A stretch of 64,000 bases of DNA, taken from NCBI GenBank assembly GCA_965198225.1, contig CBDAOY010000009.1, positions 896,001 through 960,000 of the forward strand. Reading direction: 5' to 3'. The notes below the pieces were generated by a model, which had not been told where the DNA came from, did not search any database, and saw only the letters and a program-made list of their open reading frames with translations. The translations under genes and the position numbers were made by a program. Every line of letters begins with the position of its first letter. Position 1 is the stretch's first letter. This DNA comes from Terriglobia bacterium (GTDB lineage Bacteria; Acidobacteriota; Terriglobia; 20CM-2-55-15). Of the stretch, positions 51,526 to 61,074 are shown piece after piece.

Positions 51526-52649
51526 GTGACCTGTAACAGTTAAATCGGGTCCGGGAGAATTCGCTTGGAGGCGTCCCGATAGGTCCACTTTATGGGTTTA
51601 GGTTGTTTGTTGTAATGACGAACGTATCGCATGAGCTTGCGAGCCAGATCTTTAACGGAAGTGAAGATGCCGCGGACGATGACATCCCGCTCGATCTTCG
51701 CAAACCAGAGTTCGACTTGGTTCAACCAGGACGAGTAGGTCGGCGTGTAGTGAATGTGAACGTGGGGATGATCGGTGAGGAATTGCCGGACTCGCTTGGT
51801 CTTGTGAGCGGAAAGGTTATCAGCGATAACGTGAATCTCCTTGTTCGGTGGTTGGTGAACCAGCAGATCCGCCAGGAAAGCCACGAACTCTTCGCTGGTG
51901 TGGCGTGGGGCCGTTTTGCCGACAACCTCCCCGGTCTTCGTATTCAGCGCCGCATAGAGCGAGAGCGTCCCATGGCGGAAATACTCGAAGCCGTGACGTT
52001 CCGCACGGCCCGGAGAAAGCGGAAGCACCGGAACCAAACGGTCCAAGGCTTGGATAGCCGTCTTTTCATCGACGCAAAAGACGGCCGCATGCTGCGGCGG
52101 ATTGACGTAGAGTCCGATGATATCGGCCGCTTTCTTCTCAAAGTCCGGATCGTTGGAAGCCATGTAGCGCTCGATTCGGTGGGGTTGCAGTCCGGCGCGT
52201 TTCCAAACCCGGGCGACCATCATGTGAGTCGTTCCCAGATGAGCGGCCAACTTGCGGCTACTCCAGTGCGTGGATCCATCCGGCGGCGGCTTGCTTGTCC
52301 ACGCCAGTATTCGAGCCTCCATCTTCGGCGTTCGTTTTTCCACTGCTCGGCCCGCATGTCGCGAGTACAACCCCGACAATCCGTCTTCGAGAAATCGGTT
52401 CTTCCATCGCGTGATGTAGCTGCGGTTACAGCCCAGCGCTTCACGGATCACCGAGAACGACTGACCGTCGGCAAGCATCAGTATCAAACGAGCCCGTCGC
52501 ACATCATCGGCCCGCAGCGCTCGGGAGCGCACTCGTCTTTGCAGTTCCCGCTCGACTTTCGGCGTCACTCGCACAGCTGTATAGGTCATGCACGAACGTT
52601 AACTCAACGCAGGGACATTACTGGTCCCACTTTCAACGTTACAGGCCAC
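51526..52649 (-). mobile_element. IS630 family insertion sequence, apparently intact
   Basis: TA-GTGACCTGTAAC ... GTTACAGGCCAC-TA terminal inverted repeats with TA duplication. Confidence 0.93.
51540..52589 (-). CDS. IS630 transposase
   Basis: N-terminal HTH, THWSSRKLA, DDE triad VDEKT / ADNLSAH / WLNQVELWF. Confidence 0.96.
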   Translation of the reverse strand: MTYTAVRVTPKVERELQRRVRSRALRADDVRRARLILMLADGQSFSVIREALGCNRSYITRWKNRFLEDGLSGLYSRHAGRAVEKRTPKMEARILAWTSKPPPDGSTHWSSRKLAAHLGTTHMMVARVWKRAGLQPHRIERYMASNDPDFEKKAADIIGLYVNPPQHAAVFCVDEKTAIQALDRLVPVLPLSPGRAERHGFEYFRHGTLSLYAALNTKTGEVVGKTAPRHTSEEFVAFLADLLVHQPPNKEIHVIADNLSAHKTKRVRQFLTDHPHVHIHYTPTYSSWLNQVELWFAKIERDVIVRGIFTSVKDLARKLMRYVRHYNKQPKPIKWTYRDASKRILPDPI

Positions 52650-52651
52650 TA

Positions 52652-52670
52652 GTGACCTGTAACAGGCCAC
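52652..52670. mobile_element. 19-bp collapsed IS630-end relic abutting the intact IS
   Basis: TA-GTGACCTGTAACAGGCCAC-TA. Confidence 0.75.
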
Positions 52671-52694
52671 TAGGGCCATCAGATTCCGAACCGA

Positions 52695-52855
52695 TGAGAA
52701 ATCCAGCAATTTCTAATCTCCAACTTCCAATGCGGATTTGTGCATTAACAAATCTGCGATTACCCGGAACCGTCTTTCTGTCCGATCGCAAATTGCGATA
52801 TTTGAAAGAATCCACATTGTAGGGTGCTCATTGCAGATTTGAGGTTTGAAATCTG
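52695..52855. repeat. Family C repeat (divergent pair)
   Basis: aatctccaacttccaatgcggatt...aatctgcgat, then attgcgatatttgaaagaatccacattg. Confidence 0.72.
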
Positions 52856-52871
52856 GCGCAGTTTGGTCCAC

Positions 52872-54449
52872 CTACTGATTCCGGTCCAGCACCCTCCCAC
52901 CGAGTGAATCTGTAAACTCCCCCTCATCGATTGCGAGCAGACCGTTCACGAAGACATATCGCATCCCTTCGCTGAGTTGGTGCGGGTTCTGATAGTCCGC
53001 CCGGTCGCGGATCGTTTCCGCATCGAAAACGATGACGTCCGCGATCGCGCCGGCTCGGATCAGTCCCCGATCCTTCATGCGAAAGACCGAGGCCGGTAAC
53101 GACGTCATGCTGCGGATCGCTTCGGCGAGAATGATCGCTCCGTCGTCCAGGGCGTACTTTCGTATCTTGCGCGAGAAATTCCCGTAGTTGCGGGGGTGGG
53201 GCACGCCCTCGCCCATGGGGACGAGGCCGCCGTCCGACGACGTCATCGTCCAGGGCTGCCGCATCAGTCGGACGACGTCGGCGGCGTCCATGTTGAACGA
53301 GACGAGCCCGGCGTTTCCTTCTTTTACCAGTTCCATTGCCAGATCGGCCGGCTGCATCGTCCGTTCATCCGCCACGCCCTGGAGCGTCTTGCCCTCGATA
53401 GACGGGTCCGGCTCGTAACGCCGGAACTGCAGTCGATCGGCGCCTCCGCGACGGTCGAGGTTTTCGATCACGTCCTGACGAACCCGGGGGGCCTCCCGCT
53501 CGTCGTTGATCCGGCGGATCAACTCGTCGCGCCCTCCGGCCTGGGCCCATCGTGGAATGAGTGCGCCAGTGATACTCGTGCCGGACGCCTCATACGCGTA
53601 CTGGTCGGCGTACACTTCCAGCCCCTCCGCGCGCGCTCTCTCGATGCGCCGGATCAACGCCTGCGAGTATCCCCAGACACGGGGGCCCAAGGCTTTGATG
53701 TGTGTCACGACTCCGGGAAGCCCGCCCTCGCGTGCGACGCGGATGACTTCGTCCACCGCACCGACGACACCGATGTTGTAGTCCGCCTCGTCGCGGATGT
53801 GACTGGTGTAGAGACCCCCGTATCCCGCAGCGATCTTTGCGAGCTCGATGACTTCCTCGAGTTTCGCGTAGTTGCCCGGTGCGTAGTAGAGCCCACTGGA
53901 CAGACCGAAAGCACCCGCTTCCATGCCCCTGCGGACAAGGTCCGTCATATCCTCGAGTTCGGTTGCCGTTGCCTGTCGATCCTCTAATCCGATGACGTCG
54001 CTTCGTACGGACCCGTGCCCGACCAACTGCGCGACATTGACGCCGATCCCGTCTGCGGTGAGGGCTGCGCGCTGGGTGAGGAGATCGGTCGGTCCACCGC
54101 CATCCGGGTTCACGACAACGGTCGTGATTCCCTGGGCCAGAAGCGGTTGTCCGTGGCTGAGTTCGGGGGTTACGAGCCCGCCGGCCGAATGCGAGTGGAC
54201 ATCGATGAAACCCGGAGTGAGGTAGAGTCCACCTGCGTCGATCACTCGCTTTGCCGGCTCGGTTGCCACGTCTCCGAGGGCCACGATGCGCCCGCCCGAG
54301 ATTGCGACATCAGCGTAGTACCACGGGTTGCCCGTGCCATCGAGCACGCGGGCGTTACGGATCACGATGTCAAAGGGTTCCTGCGCGGATGCCGAGGATG
54401 CGAAGCATACCATCAGCGTCAGCCACAAAAGGAGGAGCTCAGCCCTCAT
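52872..54449 (-). CDS. N-acyl-D-amino-acid deacylase (amidohydrolase family)
   Basis: Own signal peptide MRAELLLLWL; VLDGTGNP, PGFIDVHSH, SHIRDE, THIK, PHPRNYG. Confidence 0.9.
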   Translation of the reverse strand: MRAELLLLWLTLMVCFASSASAQEPFDIVIRNARVLDGTGNPWYYADVAISGGRIVALGDVATEPAKRVIDAGGLYLTPGFIDVHSHSAGGLVTPELSHGQPLLAQGITTVVVNPDGGGPTDLLTQRAALTADGIGVNVAQLVGHGSVRSDVIGLEDRQATATELEDMTDLVRRGMEAGAFGLSSGLYYAPGNYAKLEEVIELAKIAAGYGGLYTSHIRDEADYNIGVVGAVDEVIRVAREGGLPGVVTHIKALGPRVWGYSQALIRRIERARAEGLEVYADQYAYEASGTSITGALIPRWAQAGGRDELIRRINDEREAPRVRQDVIENLDRRGGADRLQFRRYEPDPSIEGKTLQGVADERTMQPADLAMELVKEGNAGLVSFNMDAADVVRLMRQPWTMTSSDGGLVPMGEGVPHPRNYGNFSRKIRKYALDDGAIILAEAIRSMTSLPASVFRMKDRGLIRAGAIADVIVFDAETIRDRADYQNPHQLSEGMRYVFVNGLLAIDEGEFTDSLGGRVLDRNQ

Positions 54450-54498
54450 CTCATGTTTCTGATGAAGCGTCGGCCAAGAAGGGCGACGGGTTCGGGTC

Positions 54499-55028
54499 TC
54501 AGCGGCGTCCGAGTTGGGCACGAATGCGCAACGTCCATTCCCGTTGGTTTTCCGGGCGGGTACCATGTTCTGTTTCCCTGTCATACGTCTGCTGCATTTC
54601 ACGAGTAGGGCGTTGGTCTGCTCCGAGATCTGCTGGAGCCTCTCACGGTTGCCGCAGGGATTGTGGACTCTCCTGAACTCTCTACGGATCTGTCGCGCGT
54701 GAATCGCGGCGATGTCGAAATGGATCTGTTCGTGCTCGAGCAGGCTTGCCGGCATGTCCGGCCGCGCCCAGGAGTTGATCCTTTCGAATTCAGCATCGAT
54801 TCTCCAGTTCGGTGCGTTGTTGGTGCAGGAGACCCGTATCGCTATCGTGAGCGAACTCTGAGCAGCCTGGAAGTCGGGGCTCGCAGGATCGACCGGAGCC
54901 CGAAAATCGCGCCATCGGAGCCGGACTCCTTCCGTCCAGACGATCGGATCGTCTGGAGTCCTTTGAGCTGCCAGAATGCTCGGGATCAGCAGCAGACTGA
55001 TCGCGAGGGAAACGAGGGGTTTCCGCAT
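54499..55028 (-). pseudogene. DUF922-like zinc-dependent protease, 1-bp frameshift near 54605
   Basis: LRWRDFR and LLEHEQIHFDI; the family-typical tail MQQTYDRETEHGT..QREWTLRIRAQL* is in another frame ending at TGA 54499. Confidence 0.82.
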
Positions 55029-55174
55029 GAAGTAATGAGACTACACGATCGGCGTAGGCGCAAGAAGAGCCTTGCAGGTGTGCGGAATCGAGGGGAAGCC
55101 GCTTCCAGATACGCGACGATAGTCGCATCCGGTTGAGCGGACCGCCGATCGCTGGCGGCTGATTGCTTGCCTAG

Positions 55175-57613
55175 TCACTGGCGGGCCGCCGCGTCCTCGG
55201 AGGCAATTGGCTCCATCCGTTTCATCTGGAAGGCGTGGCTCTTAACTACTCCCAGGATGAACGACGACATGCGGTACTCGTTGGCTTCAGCTTCTCCTGC
55301 GATCGCACGGACTGTCGGTTGATCGAAGTACTCGACCGGACGACCCAGCGCGTACGCCATCAGGTTCTCGGTGAACGTCCTCACCAGTGGTATCGGACGC
55401 TTCAGAATGGCGTCGACGAGCTCGCCGGGAGTCGACACCGGAGTCCCGTCGTAGAAATCGCCCCGTGTGTCGAGCCCAATCCCATTTTCCCGGAGTCGCC
55501 ACTTCGCCGTGACGTCGAAGTTATCCAGGGCCAGGCCGATGGGATCGATCAGGCTGTGACACGAGTTGCAGGCCGGGTTCCGGCGATGCATCTCCATCCG
55601 TTTGCCCGTGGTCAACAGCTTGCCGTCCTGCGCCCCTTCGGTCTCTTCCAGCGCAGGTACGTTCGCCGGTGGCGGTGGCGGCGGCGTGCCCAGCAGGACT
55701 TCCATGACCCACTTTCCGCGCAGCACCGGAGAGGTTCGTGTGGCGAGTGAAGTGAGCACCAGCACGCTTCCGTGACCGAGCAGCCCCCTTCGTTTCTCGT
55801 CCGGGTAGTTCACGCGGCGGAACTGCCGTCCGGGGACGTCCGGGATTCCGTAGTGACGCGCGAGACGCTCGTTGACGAACGTGTAGTCGGCCGAGTACAG
55901 GTCGAGCAGGCTGCGGTCTTCGCGAACGAGATCATTGAAAAACAGCTCCGTCTCCCGCCGCATCGCGTCGGCGAGATTCTCGCCGAAGTTCGGGTAGGCG
56001 GTCACGGCCGGACGCACCTTGTAGAGATCCTGGAGCCGGAACCACTGGGCCGCAAACCGGGTCCCGAGCGCATCTGCGCGTGGGTCGGCCAGCAGCCGAC
56101 GAGCCTGGCGTTCGATCTCTCCCGGCTGGGAAAGCCGGCCCTCGCTCGCGAGCGTCTGGAGTTCTTCATCCGGGGTGGTTCCCCACAGGAAGAACGAAAG
56201 CCGCGACGCCAGGTCCAGGTCGCGGATGCGGTAGACCTGTCCGGGTTCGACACCAGCGGGCTCGCGTTCCAGGCGCAACACGAAGTGCGGGCTCGCCAGG
56301 ATCGCCTCCAGGGAGCTGCGGACACCGACTTCGAACCCCCCTTTTTCGGCGCCGGTGTCGTAGAAATGCATCAGGCCGTCGAGATCGCCGGGCGTGAGGG
56401 AGCGCCGGTAGGCCTCGCTCGCCATCCGCGAAACGATCTCTCTGGCGCAGGGCCGTTCTTCGTCGGTCACGGTCGGACGGCAGGTGAAAATCTTATGCCG
56501 GCTCGGCGTGTCGGAGAGTCCCGTGACGTTGTAGGGTCCCTTGATGGTGAGGTCTCTCAGATGGGGCAGCGTCGTGATCCCGGCTCCGCCCTGGCCCCCG
56601 CCGGCGAACGACCAGTCGTGCGGGCGGATCAGGTCTTCGTATGGCCCATCGGACCGCTTGACGAACGCCGCCGAGACCCGGCGCTGGCCGGCTCGGACGA
56701 CGATCGACTGGGTCTCCGCGCCGTAGCCGATCCGATTGTCGAAGCTGGTTGCCCCAGAGTTTGTGTCATAAAGAAGCAAGGCGACCCGCTCGCCGTCGAT
56801 CGAGACGTCGATGTCATCGAGCCTCGTGTTGTTCCCGGCGCTGAACGTGAACCCGAAGATGTATTCGCCGTCTGCCGGAAAGACATGGTCGATCACCATT
56901 CCGCCCCGCGTCCCGTAGGGGGCACCCTCGACGTGGTCCCACGGGTGTTGCGAAAGGTATTGCGAGTTGGTGAATGTCTGATCGATAGCAGGAGCGTTCC
57001 GGTCACCGACCGCCGTCCGGCTGATCGCCGCGGCCGCGTTGAGGTAGGCCTCCAGCAGTGTGGGAGATAGCGTCTGCGCGTCGGCCATGTTGTCGAAATT
57101 GGCGAGCATCTGGTCGAGCGGCAGCCAGTCCGAGGCATCGACGCCCAACGCAAGAAGGTCCCGGATCGCGAGCTCATACTCGGGCCGGTTCAGCCTCTGG
57201 AAGGTTCGTCCTCCCGGGTTCGGGTTCGCAGCCGCATCCCGGTCGATACCGGCTTCCAGCGAGGTCGCGAAGGCATCGAGTGTCGCCGCATCCGGGCGCG
57301 GCGCGCCTTTGGGCGGCATCATGCCGGCTCGCAGCTTGCGGATCATCTTTTCGACGAGTTCGGCGTTTTCTTCAACATGAGCCAGGTCCAGACCGGACAT
57401 GCTCATATCCCCGGATCGCTCGACGTCGTCGTGACAATAGCCGCAGTACCGATCGACTACCGCCTGCTGCGATTCGACCGACAGTTCGAGTGCGGGTCCA
57501 GCAACGGGGGTCGTTGTGGCCTGTGCTGTCTCTGACTGTGCGAGATTGGTGCCGGTGGCGAGAAGCGCCGACACGCTCAAGATGCCCAGAGTCACGAGGA
57601 TGTGTTTCGACAT
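55175..57613 (-). CDS. DUF1592-domain (PSD/planctomycete cytochrome c-type) protein
   Basis: Signal peptide, CGYCH, GMMPP, RLNRPEY, LASRLSFFLW, RTSPVLRGKW, CNSCH. Confidence 0.9.
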   Translation of the reverse strand: MSKHILVTLGILSVSALLATGTNLAQSETAQATTTPVAGPALELSVESQQAVVDRYCGYCHDDVERSGDMSMSGLDLAHVEENAELVEKMIRKLRAGMMPPKGAPRPDAATLDAFATSLEAGIDRDAAANPNPGGRTFQRLNRPEYELAIRDLLALGVDASDWLPLDQMLANFDNMADAQTLSPTLLEAYLNAAAAISRTAVGDRNAPAIDQTFTNSQYLSQHPWDHVEGAPYGTRGGMVIDHVFPADGEYIFGFTFSAGNNTRLDDIDVSIDGERVALLLYDTNSGATSFDNRIGYGAETQSIVVRAGQRRVSAAFVKRSDGPYEDLIRPHDWSFAGGGQGGAGITTLPHLRDLTIKGPYNVTGLSDTPSRHKIFTCRPTVTDEERPCAREIVSRMASEAYRRSLTPGDLDGLMHFYDTGAEKGGFEVGVRSSLEAILASPHFVLRLEREPAGVEPGQVYRIRDLDLASRLSFFLWGTTPDEELQTLASEGRLSQPGEIERQARRLLADPRADALGTRFAAQWFRLQDLYKVRPAVTAYPNFGENLADAMRRETELFFNDLVREDRSLLDLYSADYTFVNERLARHYGIPDVPGRQFRRVNYPDEKRRGLLGHGSVLVLTSLATRTSPVLRGKWVMEVLLGTPPPPPPANVPALEETEGAQDGKLLTTGKRMEMHRRNPACNSCHSLIDPIGLALDNFDVTAKWRLRENGIGLDTRGDFYDGTPVSTPGELVDAILKRPIPLVRTFTENLMAYALGRPVEYFDQPTVRAIAGEAEANEYRMSSFILGVVKSHAFQMKRMEPIASEDAAARQ

Positions 57614-57650
57614 AACACGGCCCTTTTTCGTCAAATGCCCACCGTCCTGG

Positions 57651-57721
57651 TGTAGCTGCGCTCTATGAGCGCACAAATGCCCGCGAAACTATGAGTCGTG
57701 CGGTCACAGACCGCACCTACA
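57651..57721. repeat. Family A REP doublet
   Basis: tgtagctgcgctctatgagcgcac...gtgcggtcacagaccgcacctaca. Confidence 0.8.
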
Positions 57722-57762
57722 CCCGCCGGATAATACCTCTCGGTCATGCTTTGTATGACGCC

Positions 57763-59082
57763 TCAACCGCTGCAAGTGGCGGCGACGTGTCGGATCTCCG
57801 TCGCCCGGAAGATGTCGCGGTCCCCTTCTTTCGCCATCATACCGACGACGGTGACTTCGTGGTTGGTCGAATGTCTCTCCAGCGCCGGGATCCCGGTCAC
57901 GATCGTCTCTTCGCCCGAGTCCTTGTCGGTCAGGATGTAGTACCCGTCCATGTCGTCCTTGTTGAAGCAGCCCGTCAAGCTGTTTGGCTCTCCCTCTGCA
58001 ACCTCGCAAGTTGCGGCGACGTGCCTGATCTCGGTCGCCCGGAAGACGTCGCGGTCCCCCTCCTTCGTCATCATACCGACGACGGTGACTTCGTGGTTGG
58101 TCGAATGTCTCTCCAGCGCCGGGATCCCGGTCACGATCGTCTCTTCGCCCGAGTCCTTGTCGGTCAGGATGTAGTATCCGTCCATGTCACCCTTGTTGAA
58201 GCAGCCCGTCAAGCTGTTTGGATCATCTGCCTCTTCTGCAGGAGCGGGCCCTCCGCCACCTCCTCCGCGCCCGCCTCGACCCCCGCGCCCTCGTCCACGC
58301 CCGCCCGTCGTCTCCTCCTCTGGAGACCATGGGCCGTAACTCAAGTCAGGCAGCAGCCGGGCGATCCATTGCTCGGTGCTCGTCACGATCCCGGCGAGCT
58401 TGGCGTTGACCTCCTGAGCGCCTCCCGGTCCCAGGGCCCGGACGACGGGCGATCCCTGGTCGAGGCTTCCGAAGTTGTCGAGGTAGTACAGATGGATGTA
58501 CCCGCCGTCCCCACCGAGCGCCAGAGCACCGGTCACGTGATGCATCTCCGCCTCGTCAAAATGGGGGAAGAAGTCGGCCTCCATCACGTCGTAGTATTCC
58601 TGCTCGCGGCCGGGGGCGACTTTGGAAAGGTTCACCACCATGACGCCGGGCTCCTCGTCTTCCGGCAGCGGGTTGTCGATGTCGGGAAGGGTCCGGATTG
58701 CGTAGCTCTGGCGGCTGGTGATGCACTTCTCCAGACGGTTCATCAGCGAGGTCAACTCGGCGTCCGCGTCACCAGCGTCGTTGAAACCGGCCAGGTTTTC
58801 ACCGGGGGTGGCGATGAGGAACCTGTAGTTGTCCCCGAACACGGCGGTCCGGCTCACGGTGCGCCACGGCGTGTCGCCGTCTCTGGATCGATCCATGAGC
58901 TCACGTTGGACAGCGATGAATTCGTTGACCATCGCCGGGTCGACCTGCACGATGCTCAGCTGTACCCATGGCGGGGGCTGATCCTCATCCTGTGCCGCAT
59001 CCGCCGAGAGAACCGCCAGCACGCCGACGAGCGCCAGACCGAACAGTGCGACCATTCCGACACGCAAACCTACATTTGCCAT
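57763..59082 (-). CDS. Secreted hypothetical protein: two alpha/beta-barrel-like domains, Gly/Arg linker, two 78-aa tandem repeats
   Basis: Signal peptide; repeat PNSLTGCFNK...HVAATC with a 234-bp period (57961 vs 58195). Confidence 0.8.
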   Translation of the reverse strand: MANVGLRVGMVALFGLALVGVLAVLSADAAQDEDQPPPWVQLSIVQVDPAMVNEFIAVQRELMDRSRDGDTPWRTVSRTAVFGDNYRFLIATPGENLAGFNDAGDADAELTSLMNRLEKCITSRQSYAIRTLPDIDNPLPEDEEPGVMVVNLSKVAPGREQEYYDVMEADFFPHFDEAEMHHVTGALALGGDGGYIHLYYLDNFGSLDQGSPVVRALGPGGAQEVNAKLAGIVTSTEQWIARLLPDLSYGPWSPEEETTGGRGRGRGGRGGRGGGGGGPAPAEEADDPNSLTGCFNKGDMDGYYILTDKDSGEETIVTGIPALERHSTNHEVTVVGMMTKEGDRDVFRATEIRHVAATCEVAEGEPNSLTGCFNKDDMDGYYILTDKDSGEETIVTGIPALERHSTNHEVTVVGMMAKEGDRDIFRATEIRHVAATCSG

Positions 59083-59194
59083 CGTGAACTCCCTTGTTCG
59101 AACTTCGAGAAGATTCCGTCACCCCGTGGCTGACGGATGAGTCTGGCGGGCGCTGAGGGGCCAGGCCGGCGTGACCCGGCCTGACCCGTCCTGC

Positions 59195-61060
59195 CTAGCA
59201 TACCACGCAGTTGTTGTTGTTCTTCGAGCCCAACTTTTCCAACAGCGCAACCGTCTCGGGGAACGGCGACACACGTTGGACCGGCCCATTCGCCATGTCC
59301 GCCGTCGTCTGTCCGTTCCGGGCAACGGCCGTCACGTCGGCGCCCTTGTCCACAAGGTAGAGGATCATCTCGTTGTCCCCGCGTGCCGCGGCATGGTGTA
59401 GCGGAGTGTAACCGCCGAAATCCCTGGCGTTGACATCGACGCCGAGCTCCTCGATGAGGTACTTCACGGAGGCCATCCATGCGTCCGGCGCGTGACGGTG
59501 GGCGTTTCCTGTAAAGCCTTCACCGTAACCGACACCCGACGCGGCGTGAATCGCGTACACGCCTGGTCCGCCTTCCTTGATCTTTGGCAGACCGGATGCA
59601 TCGGGACCAATGCCCCTGGCGTTGGTCGCGGGCCACAGACCTGGTCCAGCGGGCTGCAGCAGGGGCGGCGTTTCGGTGTTGTCCGCGGTGGTCCCACCCC
59701 TCGGCGGTCGCGGCGCCGGCGCCTTGCTCGGGATGTCGGGGTCGGCGTCGTACTCGACGAGTAGCCGCATCGCATCCACATCTGTCCCGTAGGCGGCACG
59801 CCAGAACGCTGTCGAGCCGTTGGTGTCCTCGAGACCGCAATTGCCGTTCCCGCAACCCGTGTAGGTCATGTACCAGGGATGCTTCGTCAGCCGGTTGTCG
59901 GGGTCCGCGCCGGCTTCCAGCAACACCCCCATGACATCAAGGTAGGTGGCTTGCTGCAGGCCGTGCTCCTGCGGCTGCGGGAACCGCGTTCTCGGTTGCC
60001 ACTCCGCGTTGACGGCCGCCCACAGAGGCGCGGCGTTGTGGACACTGTCGGCCAGGTTCGGGTCCGCGCCACGTTCCAGCAACTGCATTGCAAGGTCGAA
60101 CTGGGCGTTGATCACCGCGATCAGCAATGGGCTGGTGGCGTCTGCCCCGCTGACCTGGTTGACGTCAGCGCCACCATCGATGAGAGCCATCGCCGTGTCG
60201 GCGTAGCCCTGACGGGCGGCATGCAGCAGCGGTGTCAGCCCACCGGTTTTCGTGACTGCGGGCGGTCGATTTCGGCGGCCTCCCTGGCCTCCCGCCGCGG
60301 CTCCACCACGACCTCCGCGACCTCTTCCGCGCCTCTCGGGAACTTCGCCGGACAGGTAGAGGTCCCGCGCAGCAAGGACTGCGGCCTGGACCTGGCTCGG
60401 CGTCGGTTCCTGGAACGAATCCAGAACACCGCGTTGGAGATCACGCGCCGCGTTCACCAGCCTGCCTTCGGCCACGAGGTCGACCGTCTTCGAGGCGATG
60501 CCCGGATCGGCGTCATGCTCGAGGAGCACCCGGATCGCATCAACGCGGTTCTGAGACGCCGCGAAAATCAACGGCGTCTGTTCCCATTTGCTCTCCACCG
60601 CGTTCACGTCCGAGCCGTGGCCGATCAGGGCCGTGATCACGTCCGTGTTACCCGACGCGGCAGCCAGATGGAGAGCTGTCACGCCGCTGTTTGTCGTGCG
60701 TGCGGACACGTCGGCGCCGGCCTCGATCAACATGTCGACCACGGGTGAGCTTCCGTTTGTGCTGGCCACGTGCAGCGGCGTGTACTGCCCGATCCGGGTT
60801 ACCGCCGTCACGTTCGCGCCGGCGTAGATCAGCATTTCCGCCATCGCCGCGTCGCTGCGCTCGGCCGCCCAGTGCAGTGGTGTCATGCCGTCGCCGTGGG
60901 CCGCGTTCACGTCGGCGCCCTTCTGCAGCAGCGCGCGCACACCCTCGATGTTCCCGCGCATGGCCGCGTCCGCGACCGGCGAGTCAACCGGAGCTGCCGT
61001 GATGGCCACACTGACGCACAACGCGCCGATGAGCGTCACGGTTAGGACGAGTCGTCTCAT
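59195..61060 (-). CDS. Secreted ankyrin repeat protein
   Basis: Multiple G.TPLH.AA...LL..GADVN repeats; C-terminal NNNNCVVC. Confidence 0.92.
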   Translation of the reverse strand: MRRLVLTVTLIGALCVSVAITAAPVDSPVADAAMRGNIEGVRALLQKGADVNAAHGDGMTPLHWAAERSDAAMAEMLIYAGANVTAVTRIGQYTPLHVASTNGSSPVVDMLIEAGADVSARTTNSGVTALHLAAASGNTDVITALIGHGSDVNAVESKWEQTPLIFAASQNRVDAIRVLLEHDADPGIASKTVDLVAEGRLVNAARDLQRGVLDSFQEPTPSQVQAAVLAARDLYLSGEVPERRGRGRGGRGGAAAGGQGGRRNRPPAVTKTGGLTPLLHAARQGYADTAMALIDGGADVNQVSGADATSPLLIAVINAQFDLAMQLLERGADPNLADSVHNAAPLWAAVNAEWQPRTRFPQPQEHGLQQATYLDVMGVLLEAGADPDNRLTKHPWYMTYTGCGNGNCGLEDTNGSTAFWRAAYGTDVDAMRLLVEYDADPDIPSKAPAPRPPRGGTTADNTETPPLLQPAGPGLWPATNARGIGPDASGLPKIKEGGPGVYAIHAASGVGYGEGFTGNAHRHAPDAWMASVKYLIEELGVDVNARDFGGYTPLHHAAARGDNEMILYLVDKGADVTAVARNGQTTADMANGPVQRVSPFPETVALLEKLGSKNNNNCVVC

Positions 61061-61074
61061 GCTTCTTTCCCCCC

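Noticed and set aside
57766-58225. DGR template/variable repeat
   Set aside because: Differences are mostly synonymous and not adenine-specific; both copies are in frame in one gene
59195-59215. CaaX prenylation motif (CVVC) suggesting a host-targeted ankyrin effector
   Set aside because: The Sec-type signal and DUF1552 operon context favour a periplasmic CxxC; no secretion system is seen in the window
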